A stretch of 64,000 nucleotides of DNA. It comes from an uncultured bacterium. GTDB taxonomy: Bacteria > Patescibacteriota > Minisyncoccia > Phycocordibacterales > GCA-2401445. Where the stretch lies: contig CALFYW010000016.1 in the NCBI GenBank assembly GCA_937952265.1, positions 398,661 through 462,660 on the forward strand, given 5' to 3'. Below the pieces are notes generated by a model, which was not told the origin of the DNA, searched no databases, and saw only the letters and a list, made by a program, of their open reading frames with translations. The translations under genes and the position numbers were made by a program. Positions 8,856-17,569 of the stretch are shown here, in pieces. Position 1 is the stretch's first letter. The number at the start of each line of letters is the position of its first letter.

Positions 8856-9911
8856 ATGAATCTTAAGGATCGTATCGCTACTGAAGCACAACAAGCAATA
8901 GATGATCATGTGTTTCCTGGGTGTGTAATTGGTATTGTATACAAGGATGGAACCGGCTCTATACTGCCATTTGGGCATTTCACCTATCAGCAATCATCCT
9001 CACGTGTAAAAGAGGACAGTATGTATGATGTTGCGTCAATTACCAAATCGATCCCTACCGGAAGTATTGCCCTTCAGTTGATTGACCAAGGAAAGTTGCA
9101 TGTCACTGACAAACTCATTGAGTATGTCCCTGAGTTTAGAAATAGTGATCGAGAACGAGTTTTAATTAAACACCTGCTCACGTACACACTAGATGGCTAT
9201 GGTCTGGCCTCATTAAAAGAGAAGAGTGCAGATCAACTCTTTGAGATATTACTTACACACGATTTTGAAAAACGTCCAGGAACGGTATTTAAATATTCAA
9301 ATATTCCCGCAGCATTACTTGGCTTGGTGGTTGAGCGGATTACTGGAAGAACACTTGATCAAGTTGCGGATGAGTGTTTTTTCAATCCGCTCGGTATGGA
9401 ACGTACGACGTTTTATCCGGAAAATTATTTAATTGATGATATTGTCCCAACTGAACGTGATGATTGGCGTGGTCTGGTGCACGGTGTTGTGCATGATGAA
9501 AGCGCGTATATTTTTAAGAGAAGTGGCAAAATTGTTGGGCACGCGGGTTTATTCTCCACCGCTCCTGATTTATTAAAGTTTCTCGAGATGCTTCTGCACA
9601 AGGGTGTTTTTAATGGAAGGAGGTATCTTTCAGAAACAATAATTACCCGCATGACAGAGAATCAAATCCCCTTGCTTGATGATACTACGGGACTTGGCTG
9701 GGAACTTAATCAGCCTCGATATATGGGGGAATATGCGGGATCGAACACTTTTGGAAAGACCGGTTTTACCGGTACACTTTGTGTGGTAGATATTTCGAGA
9801 GGGGTTGCGTACACCATCCTTTCTAATCGGATCTTCCCACAACGACCTCCCAATTCTCACTCTATTAATAGGTTTAGGAAAATTATCGGGGAAATTGTTC
9901 TGAAGCCGTAA
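8856..9911 (+). CDS. Serine hydrolase of the class C beta-lactamase / PBP4* family.
   Basis: All three motifs are present: S-x-x-K (SITKS), Y-x-N (YSN) and K-T-G (FGKTGFTGT). Confidence 0.75.
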   Translation: MNLKDRIATEAQQAIDDHVFPGCVIGIVYKDGTGSILPFGHFTYQQSSSRVKEDSMYDVASITKSIPTGSIALQLIDQGKLHVTDKLIEYVPEFRNSDRERVLIKHLLTYTLDGYGLASLKEKSADQLFEILLTHDFEKRPGTVFKYSNIPAALLGLVVERITGRTLDQVADECFFNPLGMERTTFYPENYLIDDIVPTERDDWRGLVHGVVHDESAYIFKRSGKIVGHAGLFSTAPDLLKFLEMLLHKGVFNGRRYLSETIITRMTENQIPLLDDTTGLGWELNQPRYMGEYAGSNTFGKTGFTGTLCVVDISRGVAYTILSNRIFPQRPPNSHSINRFRKIIGEIVLKP

Positions 9912-10250
9912 TTTTTTAATTGTGGATTCTTTTTTTCTCTGATAAGGTGTACATATGAAAAACACATCACGAGATACGATATGGCAGAAGATTCAGCATG
10001 GCGTGTTTATTATTGCTGAAGCAGGCAAAAATTTTATTCAAACCGAAGAAGAAAAGACGGTTGTTGCTTGATGAGATCAGTGTTGATCTCCGGAAGATTG
10101 GCTCAGGTGATATTCCCGATTTTGTGATGCTTGACTATTCTTACGGGTGAATTATTTTTTGCTTTTTCTGAGGCGAGGTGATAAAGTCTTCGATGGGAGA
10201 TCTGACAGTATTAACTAGTACAGTAGAAGTGATCAACAAAAGGAGCATGG

Positions 10251-10406
10251 ATGTCGTCGAGAAAAAAATCAACACGGACAAGAGCTAATCGCCGTGACAG
10301 ACGAAAAGCGAAAGCATCAGGAAATTTTCGTCGTCCAGGAAGAAGCAATCCTCGAAAGGTTGGCCACGGTGGAAGCGGCATGAAAACAAGAGGGAAGCCA
10401 GATTAA
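10251..10406 (+). CDS. Small highly basic protein (51 aa), possibly nucleic-acid- or ribosome-associated. Too short to appear in the ORF track.
   Basis: AAAGGAG Shine-Dalgarno 6 nt upstream of the ATG. The ORF is MSSRKKSTRTRANRRDRRKAKASGNFRRPGRSNPRKVGHGGSGMKTRGKPD. A strong terminator follows 26 nt downstream. Confidence 0.5.
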   Translation: MSSRKKSTRTRANRRDRRKAKASGNFRRPGRSNPRKVGHGGSGMKTRGKPD

Positions 10407-10432
10407 CCTCAATAATCGTGCTTTATCAAAAA

Positions 10433-10461
10433 CCCGTACAACAACATGTGCGGGTTTTTTT
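10433..10461 (+). terminator. Rho-independent terminator after the small basic ORF.
   Basis: 8-bp stem cccgtaca / tgtgcggg (one G-U wobble), 6-nt loop, then TTTTTTT. Confidence 0.7.
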
Positions 10462-10552
10462 ATTACTATCAATCCGAAATTTATTTAAACCATGTTTTTG
10501 CTACCATGTCCGGTGTGTAGAAATCTTATTTTGAACTTGTTACTATAACTGC

Positions 10553-11836
10553 ATGGTAGTCAAAGAGCTTAAGGAATCCTGCACTGCGCTACTTATTGGA
10601 GGTATTTTACTACTCTTTTTATGGGGTGTTATGATGACTTCGGCGCCCCCTACTCCAGAGGAATCAGAGAATATTGAGGATGTAAGAGTCTCAGGTATGC
10701 CACAGCTCCTTATACAGGAGAGCGGAAGTTTGGGGGGTCTTAATAATTTGATTTTCAATCAAGAAGAGGAGCGTTACGTACCTGTTAAGGATCATCTTAT
10801 TTCATACGTCCTCTATGGAAGCGGTATTCGGGCGCGGCGAAGTGATGCAGTCGGTGGAACCTTGGCAATACCAAGCGCGCTTGCGCCAATTGGTGAGCAT
10901 GTATTTGCTATGATCCCTTCATATCATACGCTACTTAAGTTAGATCGGGATCTCTCTGTCCGTACTCAAGAAAATTTCGGACCATTTACCTATGCAGGGT
11001 CATTCACTCGATTTATGCGCGCGCATAACAATCACCTGTTTTTCTTTTATGATGATCCGAATGAAGGCACGATATTATTCGCGTACGATCGGGATCTTAA
11101 TCGAGTTGGATCTTTGTCCATCCCTCTTCACCCTTCAGGGGGTTATGCGTACAATCTCAATCAATTTTTGATTGTTGAAAATACGCTTTATGTAATCGCA
11201 GGGGCTGATGCATTTCCCGCAGTCCGTTGTGCTAGCGAAGCACGTATGTCAGAAGAGGAGCTTGAATTTGAGATAGTATCCGGGTGTAGCAATGCGCACA
11301 CAATTGTATTTGGCGCGATTGATATTCACGACCCAAAGCATATGCGGATTGAGATGTTTAAGCAGGTTACGGACGAATCCATTCCTGAATCTTTTATGGC
11401 TCGAATTGATTCAAAACGGAAACAGACCCTCATGGTTGAAATCGGTTCTTCAGGAGAATCCATATTCACGTTACGTTCACCAGAGTCAATGACGAAGCTA
11501 CTTTCAAAAGAGTCGAGAAATGTGAGAATTCTTGCGCTTACGCAAGAAAATCCTTTTTATGCACTTGTAGAGAAGCAGGGGGGTGTTTTCCTTCTACCTA
11601 TTTCACTTGAGGGAGAAACCCTTACATTTGGAGAAATGCTCAATCTCAATTTATCGACCAGGGATATATTAGGGACCCCGTTAATGAAGCGTTTCAGCAG
11701 TATGCTTTTTATCGTACTTCAGGATCAACTTCGAGTTGCCCAAGTTGTCGATACTCCAGAGCTTGTATTGACGCAGAATCTCTCAAATCTCTCTGGAGAA
11801 CCGTCGTATGTTTCTGATTTCTTTTTCTGGGATTAA
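10553..11836 (+). CDS. Hypothetical protein with an N-terminal membrane anchor.
   Basis: 427 aa ORF with a TM at aa 10-30 and no recognisable motif. Confidence 0.45.
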   Translation: MVVKELKESCTALLIGGILLLFLWGVMMTSAPPTPEESENIEDVRVSGMPQLLIQESGSLGGLNNLIFNQEEERYVPVKDHLISYVLYGSGIRARRSDAVGGTLAIPSALAPIGEHVFAMIPSYHTLLKLDRDLSVRTQENFGPFTYAGSFTRFMRAHNNHLFFFYDDPNEGTILFAYDRDLNRVGSLSIPLHPSGGYAYNLNQFLIVENTLYVIAGADAFPAVRCASEARMSEEELEFEIVSGCSNAHTIVFGAIDIHDPKHMRIEMFKQVTDESIPESFMARIDSKRKQTLMVEIGSSGESIFTLRSPESMTKLLSKESRNVRILALTQENPFYALVEKQGGVFLLPISLEGETLTFGEMLNLNLSTRDILGTPLMKRFSSMLFIVLQDQLRVAQVVDTPELVLTQNLSNLSGEPSYVSDFFFWD

Positions 11837-11878
11837 CGTTTTTCGTATTATTCTTTTCAAAAAGGTATACTTGAGGTA

Positions 11879-12304
11879 ATGAATGAATCATTCAAGGAGA
11901 AACGTGAAGATGACTGGAAGAAATCGCTTACGCCAGCCCAGTTCCATATTCTTCGAGAAGGGGGTACCGAACCTGCGTTTTCAGGGGTGTATCATGATAT
12001 GAAAAAATCGGGAGTATATCGTTGTGCCGGCTGTGGTAGTGTGTTATTTGATTCGCGCACAAAATTTGATTCTGGTACCGGATGGCCCTCTTTCTATGAT
12101 GCAGTAGAAGATAGTATTCGACTTCATGATGATAGGAAATTTTTTATGCGCCGTACCGAAGTTCGTTGTTCCGTGTGTAATGGGCACCTCGGGCATGTGT
12201 TTGATGATGGGCCGGATCCAACAGGGAAACGGTACTGTATTAATTCAGGGGCGCTTGATTTCTCTGAAGAAAGTGGCGTCCAAGATAATGGATCGATAAA
12301 GTAA
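11879..12304 (+). CDS. msrB: Peptide-methionine (R)-S-oxide reductase MsrB.
   Basis: Two CxxC zinc pairs (CAGCGS, CSVCNGHLGHVF) and the catalytic RYCINS signature. Confidence 0.85.
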   Translation: MNESFKEKREDDWKKSLTPAQFHILREGGTEPAFSGVYHDMKKSGVYRCAGCGSVLFDSRTKFDSGTGWPSFYDAVEDSIRLHDDRKFFMRRTEVRCSVCNGHLGHVFDDGPDPTGKRYCINSGALDFSEESGVQDNGSIK

Positions 12305-12311
12305 GAATTTA

Positions 12312-12767
12312 TTGGTATGGTCATGGTTATCAATGGAAGCAAATCGTAATATGTCATGGATTATTTATGCGCTTCTCGCGGCATTCTTTGCGGCATTGGT
12401 GGCGATATTCGGAAAGATCGGTGTTCAAAAGATTGACCCAACACTTGCAACAACCGTGCGCGCGGTCATTATGGCGGGTTTCTTGCTTATAGTGGCTTTT
12501 AGTCTGGGCAAGCTTAAATTTATCGCAACCATTGATAGTCGAGCGCTCTTTTTTATCGTGCTTGCGGGTATTGCGGGCGCGCTTTCGTGGATCTTTTATT
12601 TTGCGGCATTGAAATCAGGTGAACCAACTGCGGTGGTTGCGCTCGATCGATTAAGTATCGTGTTTGTCTTGATATTTTCGGTCATCTTTTTTTCCTCTAA
12701 GGTGAGCTTCGCATCAGTAAGTGGGGCGCTCTTGGTAACTATTGGAGCAATTCTTCTATCATTATGA
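12312..12767 (+). CDS. EamA-like small transporter (DMT superfamily, 4-5 TM).
   Basis: Hydrophobic 151 aa ORF with an EamA-type composition. The true start is probably the internal Met (MSWIIYALL). Confidence 0.55.
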   Translation: MVWSWLSMEANRNMSWIIYALLAAFFAALVAIFGKIGVQKIDPTLATTVRAVIMAGFLLIVAFSLGKLKFIATIDSRALFFIVLAGIAGALSWIFYFAALKSGEPTAVVALDRLSIVFVLIFSVIFFSSKVSFASVSGALLVTIGAILLSL

Positions 12768-12810
12768 GCTGTATTGCCAGGGGTATGGCGCCTATGGCAT
12801 TATTTTCCCT

Positions 12811-13950
12811 ATGAGTAAAGATACGCCCTCGGGCTTACGAACCTGGATTACGGTTGATCAAGCAGCAATACAGAAAAATTATCAGTCATTTCGGGATTTT
12901 ATTCCGAAAGAGACAGACATTATGGCCGTCGTGAAGTCGAATGCCTACGGTCATGGGCTCGTTCCATTTGCCCGCGAAATGGAAAAATTACACGTATCCT
13001 GGCTTGGAGTTGATTCGATGGTGGAAGGACTTGCAATTCGAAAAAGTGGAGTTACGACTCCAATCCTCAACTTGGGCGCAGTCCTTGAGAGCCGATTAAA
13101 AGAAGCGTTCCTTCAAAAAATATCGGTTACGGTGTCTTCTTTTGATGGATTTCGTGCGCTAAAGCGGGCTCGACTTCCTGGTCTTTCGATACAGGTGAAA
13201 GTCGATACGGGAATGCATCGACAGGGGTTTGATGAAAAAGATCTGCCAGAGGTGCTCCGAGTGGTTTCAGAGGGTGAAGGAAAGTTTTTTACGCTCACTG
13301 GGCTTTATACGCATTTTGCTTCAGCAAAAAACCCTGCATTTCCGGAGTATACGCATATCCAAATTGAAGCTTTTAAGCGATGGAAGAAAGCATTTAACGA
13401 TCAGGGTTTTTCTCCGATAGCGCACGCGGGCGCAACAGGGGGCGCGCTCCTATTTCCTGAATCACATTTCGATATGGTGCGTATCGGTATTGGTATGTAC
13501 GGATTGTGGCCATCACTTCCGGTACGTCGGGCAAGAGAAGAGAATCTTGCGCTTTTTCCTGCGCTTTCCTGGTACAGTGTCGTTGTGGGTGTAAAAGAGG
13601 TCCCATGTGGAGCACGCGTAGGGTATGATTTAACGGAGACACTCACTCGCGATACACGATATGCGGTTATTCCCATAGGATATTGGCATGGGTACCCTCG
13701 AATACTTTCAAGCATTGGGGAGGTCATGATTCATAGAATGCGCGCACGAATTCTCGGTAGAATCTCTATGGATATGATGATTGTTGATATTACCGATATC
13801 CCGGATGTTTCGAATGGAGATAAGGTAACACTTATCGGAGGTGAAGCAGGATCGCGGATTTCTGCTGAAGAGCTCGCGCTTCTCGGGGATTCAATTAATT
13901 ATGAATTGGTAACCCGTATTAATCCATTAATTGAAAGAATATACCAATAA
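12811..13950 (+). CDS. alr: Alanine racemase.
   Basis: PLP-lysine motif AVVKSNAYGHG and a C-terminal racemase domain. The start is moved to the internal Met, because the longer ORF (from 12742) overlaps the upstream gene. Confidence 0.8.
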   Translation: MSKDTPSGLRTWITVDQAAIQKNYQSFRDFIPKETDIMAVVKSNAYGHGLVPFAREMEKLHVSWLGVDSMVEGLAIRKSGVTTPILNLGAVLESRLKEAFLQKISVTVSSFDGFRALKRARLPGLSIQVKVDTGMHRQGFDEKDLPEVLRVVSEGEGKFFTLTGLYTHFASAKNPAFPEYTHIQIEAFKRWKKAFNDQGFSPIAHAGATGGALLFPESHFDMVRIGIGMYGLWPSLPVRRAREENLALFPALSWYSVVVGVKEVPCGARVGYDLTETLTRDTRYAVIPIGYWHGYPRILSSIGEVMIHRMRARILGRISMDMMIVDITDIPDVSNGDKVTLIGGEAGSRISAEELALLGDSINYELVTRINPLIERIYQ

Positions 13951-14507
13951 TGGAAGATTCATCGCATCGAAATAATCAGCATGAGGAAGTACAGATTCCT
14001 ATCGGAGGTTCCCTTTTTGTGGCGGGAATTTGTATTATCGCGGCAGTTATGATTTGGTCGCTTTTTACACAGGAGGCGCCAGTGGACGATTCTTTGAATA
14101 AAGGAAATGTTGCCACCACAACCCCGATAGTTAACCAGCATCCTCTTTTCTACGAGGTGCGAGACCTTATGGTTGGGAGTACCACGATCAGTGTTGAGAT
14201 TGCTGATACTGATAAGAAGCGCACACAAGGGCTTTCAGGGAGAGAGGGTCTTTCTCCTGAATCAGGGATGCTCTTTTTATTTCCTTCTCCGGGAATATAC
14301 CCTTTTTGGATGCACGAGATGCAGTTTGCCCTTGATATTATCTGGATCAATACCGAAGGGGTGATTGTTTCTGCGTATGAGTCGGTGGCTCCAGATACAT
14401 TTCCAGAATTTTTTACTCCCAATGCTGAAGCACTGATGGTACTTGAGGTGCCAGGTGGATTTATGGAGCGGTACGGAATTCAGATTGGGGATCTGGTGAC
14501 ATTTTAA
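13950..14507 (+). CDS. DUF192 (COG1430) domain protein with an N-terminal TM.
   Basis: C-terminal domain with the DUF192 core pattern ADTDKKRTQGLSGRE...MLFLFP...FWMHEMQFALDIIWIN. Confidence 0.65.
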   Translation: MEDSSHRNNQHEEVQIPIGGSLFVAGICIIAAVMIWSLFTQEAPVDDSLNKGNVATTTPIVNQHPLFYEVRDLMVGSTTISVEIADTDKKRTQGLSGREGLSPESGMLFLFPSPGIYPFWMHEMQFALDIIWINTEGVIVSAYESVAPDTFPEFFTPNAEALMVLEVPGGFMERYGIQIGDLVTF

Positions 14508-14633
14508 AAAAATAAGACTAAATAGGTTTTATTTTCTGATTATTTTTCTCTATCACTTTACAGTGTATTTTTTTTGTTTTTGAAATGTTTATCCACAATT
14601 TTTTACCCCTCGAGAAAGATATAATTGACAGTA

Positions 14634-14659
14634 CCAAACAGCATAACATGCTGTGTTGG
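14634..14659. promoter_or_regulatory. Imperfect palindrome (ccaaacagcat-aac-atgctgtgttgg) in the RNR leader, 4 nt downstream of a TTGACA hexamer. Operator candidate.
   Basis: Read directly from the sequence. Flanked by two copies of TTACCCCT (14603, 14667) and followed by a second AT-rich inverted repeat at 14671-14699. Confidence 0.3.
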
Positions 14660-14710
14660 GATAGCTTACCCCTAAAAAATTATTAGCGTTATTTTTAGGC
14701 ATAAAAAACT

Positions 14711-17023
14711 ATGGGTAAAGAGAAAAAAGCAGGGAAACGTGTGGTCGATATGGTAAAGGAGGTGAAAAAGAGAGATGGGAGCGTGGTCCCTTTTGACCTT
14801 ACCCGTATTGTGAATGCAATTCATAAGGCAATGTTGCAGACGAATGAGGGCTCAAAGGAAGAAGCAGCACTTGTCGCTAATAAGGTATTAAGTGATTTGG
14901 TAAAAATCATCAGAAAACATAGTAATTTTATTCCAACCGTAGAAGGAATTCAGGATAGTGTTGAAAATGAACTGATTCTTTCTGAATATGTAAAGACCGC
15001 AAAATCATACATTCTTTATCGGGAGAAACGAGCTCATTTGCGAGAAAAAGGATTCCATGTGCCTGAAGAGGTTCGTTCTTTGGTTGAAAAAAGTAAAAGC
15101 TATTTCCGCGATTCCTTGGGTGAATTTGTGTATTACCGAACGTATTCACGATGGATTCCAGAAAAAGGGCGGCGAGAAACCTGGATTGAATCGGTTGATC
15201 GATACATGGATTTTATGAAAGAGAATCTTGGGAAAAAATTGAAAGCTCCAGAATACCAAGAACTTCGCGAGGCAATTTTAAAGCAGGAGATCATGCCCTC
15301 CATGCGTTTGCTACAGTTTGCGGGTCCGGCAGCCAGCAAAACAAATATTTGCGCGTACAATTGTTCCTATATCGCGCCTGCCAGTATTCAGGATTTTGCG
15401 GAGATTATGTACCTTTCAATGTGTGGAACCGGAGTTGGCTGGTCTGCAGAAAGTCAAAATATTCAAAAACTTCCTCAAGTAAAACAGCAAAGCGGGGTCA
15501 AGCTCCCAGTGCATGCAATTGGAGATAGTAAAGAAGGGTGGTGCGATGCATTAGCTCTTGGTATGCGCGCGTGGTTTAAGGGAGAGGATATCGAATTTGA
15601 TTATAGCCTCCTGCGTCCAGCAGGTGCACGTCTTAAAACCATGGGAGGAAAGAGCGCGGGTCCGGCACCACTACGTTCGATTCTCGATTTTACCCGAGAG
15701 AAGATTTTATCACGGCAAGGGAAGCGTCTCCGCAACATTGATGCGCATGATATCATCTGTAAGATCGGCGAAGGAGTAGTATCTGGCGGGGTGCGTCGTA
15801 GCGCAATGATCTCACTCTCTGATTTTGATGATGAGGAAGTTCGTGATGCAAAGAAAGGGCAGTTTTATTTAACCGAGCCGCAACGAAGTCTCGCAAACAA
15901 TTCTGCGGTATATGTGATGAAGCCCTCGAACCTCGAGTTTTTGGATGAATGGATTGCGCTCATGAAAAGTGGATCTGGTGAGCGGGGTATTTTTAACCGA
16001 GGATCACTCGCAAAAACCTTACCGGCGCGTCGTCTTGAGGTATTTCGCGCGCATGGATATTTTGATCGTTCAGGGGAGCATGTTGTTGGTCCAGTGGGAA
16101 CAAATCCATGTGGAGAAATTATTCTTCAGTCAAAACAGTTTTGTAATCTCTCAGAAGTGGTTGCACGCGCTGAGGATACCGAAGCGACGCTTTTGCGGAA
16201 GGTGCGTCTTGCGACCATACTTGGTACCTACCAGGCAACACTTACGCATTTTCCCTACCTCTCAAAAGAATGGAAGAAAAACTGTGAGGAGGAGCGCTTA
16301 CTCGGAGTCTCAATTACCGGACAGTGGGATTCAAAGGTGGTTCGAAATGCAAAAGTATTAGAGAAGATGAAGGCCGCAGCACTAGAGACTAATGAGGGCT
16401 ACGCAAAGCGCTTTGGTATCAATCGTTCAACGTGTGTGACCTGTGTCAAACCATCAGGAACCGTTTCGCAAACCGTTGATTGTGCCTCAGGTATGCATCC
16501 TCGACACGCGCCATTTTATATCCGCCGTATCCGAATTTCGGCAACAGATGCGCTCTTTAAGATGCTTCGTGACCAAGGTGTTCCGTATCATCCTGAAGTA
16601 GGACAGTCTCTTGAAACGGCGAACACATTTGTACTTGAATTTCCAGTTAAAGCGCCAAAAGGAGCAGTATTTAAAGATGATGTGAGCGCGCTCGATCAAC
16701 TCGAACACTGGAAGCTCGTTAAGAAGCATTATACCGAGCATAATCCGTCGGTTACCGTTTCGGTGGGAGAGGATGAGTGGATTCAGACTGCTAACTGGCT
16801 CTATAGTAATTGGGATATGATTGGCGGACTCTCGTTTCTTCCTCGATCAAATCATGTGTACCAACTTGCGCCATATGAACCGATTTCAGAGGAGCAATAT
16901 GATGAGATGGTAAAACGACTTGGACACATCGATTTCTCAAAGATCGTTACGTACGAAAAAGATGATGAGACGGAAGTAAAGAAAGAGCTCGCGTGTGTGG
17001 CAGGTGTGTGTGATGTGGTATAG
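14711..17023 (+). CDS. nrdJ: Ribonucleotide reductase, class II (adenosylcobalamin-dependent) type, with an N-terminal ATP-cone.
   Basis: ATP-cone (VVKRDGSVVPFDLTRIVNAI), active-site NPCGEI motif and a C-terminal Cys pair (CVAGVCDVV). The class assignment is inference from these motifs. Confidence 0.7.
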   Translation: MGKEKKAGKRVVDMVKEVKKRDGSVVPFDLTRIVNAIHKAMLQTNEGSKEEAALVANKVLSDLVKIIRKHSNFIPTVEGIQDSVENELILSEYVKTAKSYILYREKRAHLREKGFHVPEEVRSLVEKSKSYFRDSLGEFVYYRTYSRWIPEKGRRETWIESVDRYMDFMKENLGKKLKAPEYQELREAILKQEIMPSMRLLQFAGPAASKTNICAYNCSYIAPASIQDFAEIMYLSMCGTGVGWSAESQNIQKLPQVKQQSGVKLPVHAIGDSKEGWCDALALGMRAWFKGEDIEFDYSLLRPAGARLKTMGGKSAGPAPLRSILDFTREKILSRQGKRLRNIDAHDIICKIGEGVVSGGVRRSAMISLSDFDDEEVRDAKKGQFYLTEPQRSLANNSAVYVMKPSNLEFLDEWIALMKSGSGERGIFNRGSLAKTLPARRLEVFRAHGYFDRSGEHVVGPVGTNPCGEIILQSKQFCNLSEVVARAEDTEATLLRKVRLATILGTYQATLTHFPYLSKEWKKNCEEERLLGVSITGQWDSKVVRNAKVLEKMKAAALETNEGYAKRFGINRSTCVTCVKPSGTVSQTVDCASGMHPRHAPFYIRRIRISATDALFKMLRDQGVPYHPEVGQSLETANTFVLEFPVKAPKGAVFKDDVSALDQLEHWKLVKKHYTEHNPSVTVSVGEDEWIQTANWLYSNWDMIGGLSFLPRSNHVYQLAPYEPISEEQYDEMVKRLGHIDFSKIVTYEKDDETEVKKELACVAGVCDVV

Positions 17024-17030
17024 AAAGCAA

Positions 17031-17056
17031 AACTCCCCACGATAGTGGGGAGTTTT
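17031..17056. terminator. Hairpin terminator shared by convergent nrdJ (+) and rnpB (-).
   Basis: 10-bp stem aactccccac / gtggggagtt with a GATA loop, 8 nt after the RNR stop codon. Confidence 0.5.
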
Positions 17057-17063
17057 GATATGT

Positions 17064-17453
17064 TGGCAACTATGCCTATAAGCCGAATTCTGTACTGATG
17101 CCATAGCGGAATCAGCGATAGTCATTTATCTAGCCCTATAATTACTTATAGGGTCAAGCGGCACTCTGAAATCTTAAAAAGAGATCAGCACGGCCTTGCA
17201 CTTAGGTAAGGATTTAGCCGTTTCAATTTTTACGTTACCGTAAAAACTCATCCATTGTTATGATCACAGTGGATGTCAGACTGCTTTCGCATCCTGACGT
17301 CTCTGCTCGCACCTCTATCCATAACATAGTTAATAAATTATGGATTGACGGGCGTTACCCGCTACCGTGCTCCGAGCTTTTAATGGCTCGGAAGTGTTCG
17401 GACTTTCCTCTCCAGGAGTTAAACTCCTAGAGCGACTATCCGGCATAATCACT
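17064..17453 (-). ncRNA. rnpB: RNase P RNA (bacterial type A-like), rnpB.
   Basis: The reverse complement contains GAGGAAAGTCCGAACAC (P4 5' strand) and ACAGAATTCGGCTTATAGGCATAG (P4 3' strand plus P1), as well as AGATAAATGACTATCGCTG, GGTAACGCCCG and a P3 hairpin (ctaggag-ttta-actcctgg). The P1 pairing TTATGCC / GGCATAG defines the ends. Length ~390 nt. Confidence 0.8.
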
Positions 17454-17460
17454 AGTTATA

Positions 17461-17489
17461 ATTATAGCACATTTTATTATTTTTGCAAT
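17461..17489 (-). promoter_or_regulatory. Near-consensus sigma70 promoter for rnpB (TTGCAA-17-TATAAT on the minus strand).
   Basis: -10 TATAAT is the reverse complement of 17461-17466. -35 TTGCAA lies at 17484-17489. The inferred TSS coincides with the rnpB 5' end (~17453). Confidence 0.5.
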
Positions 17490-17569
17490 AGTTTGTTTGC
17501 CCTTTGTACACATTGCGTCTATAACCCCTCTCACGTACAATAAATGGGCATATAAAGAGCCTTCGGTTT

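Noticed and set aside
12742-12810. N-terminal extension of the alanine racemase ORF (track start 12742)
   Set aside because: The first 23 codons overlap the EamA-like gene and read MEQFFYHYELYCQGYGAYGIIFP, which is not racemase-like. The internal Met at 12811 gives a canonical Alr N-terminus.
14508-14710. Cobalamin riboswitch upstream of the class II RNR
   Set aside because: The leader is AT-rich and short, and lacks the B12-box (GCCACTG-like) and conserved helices. Only short palindromes are present.
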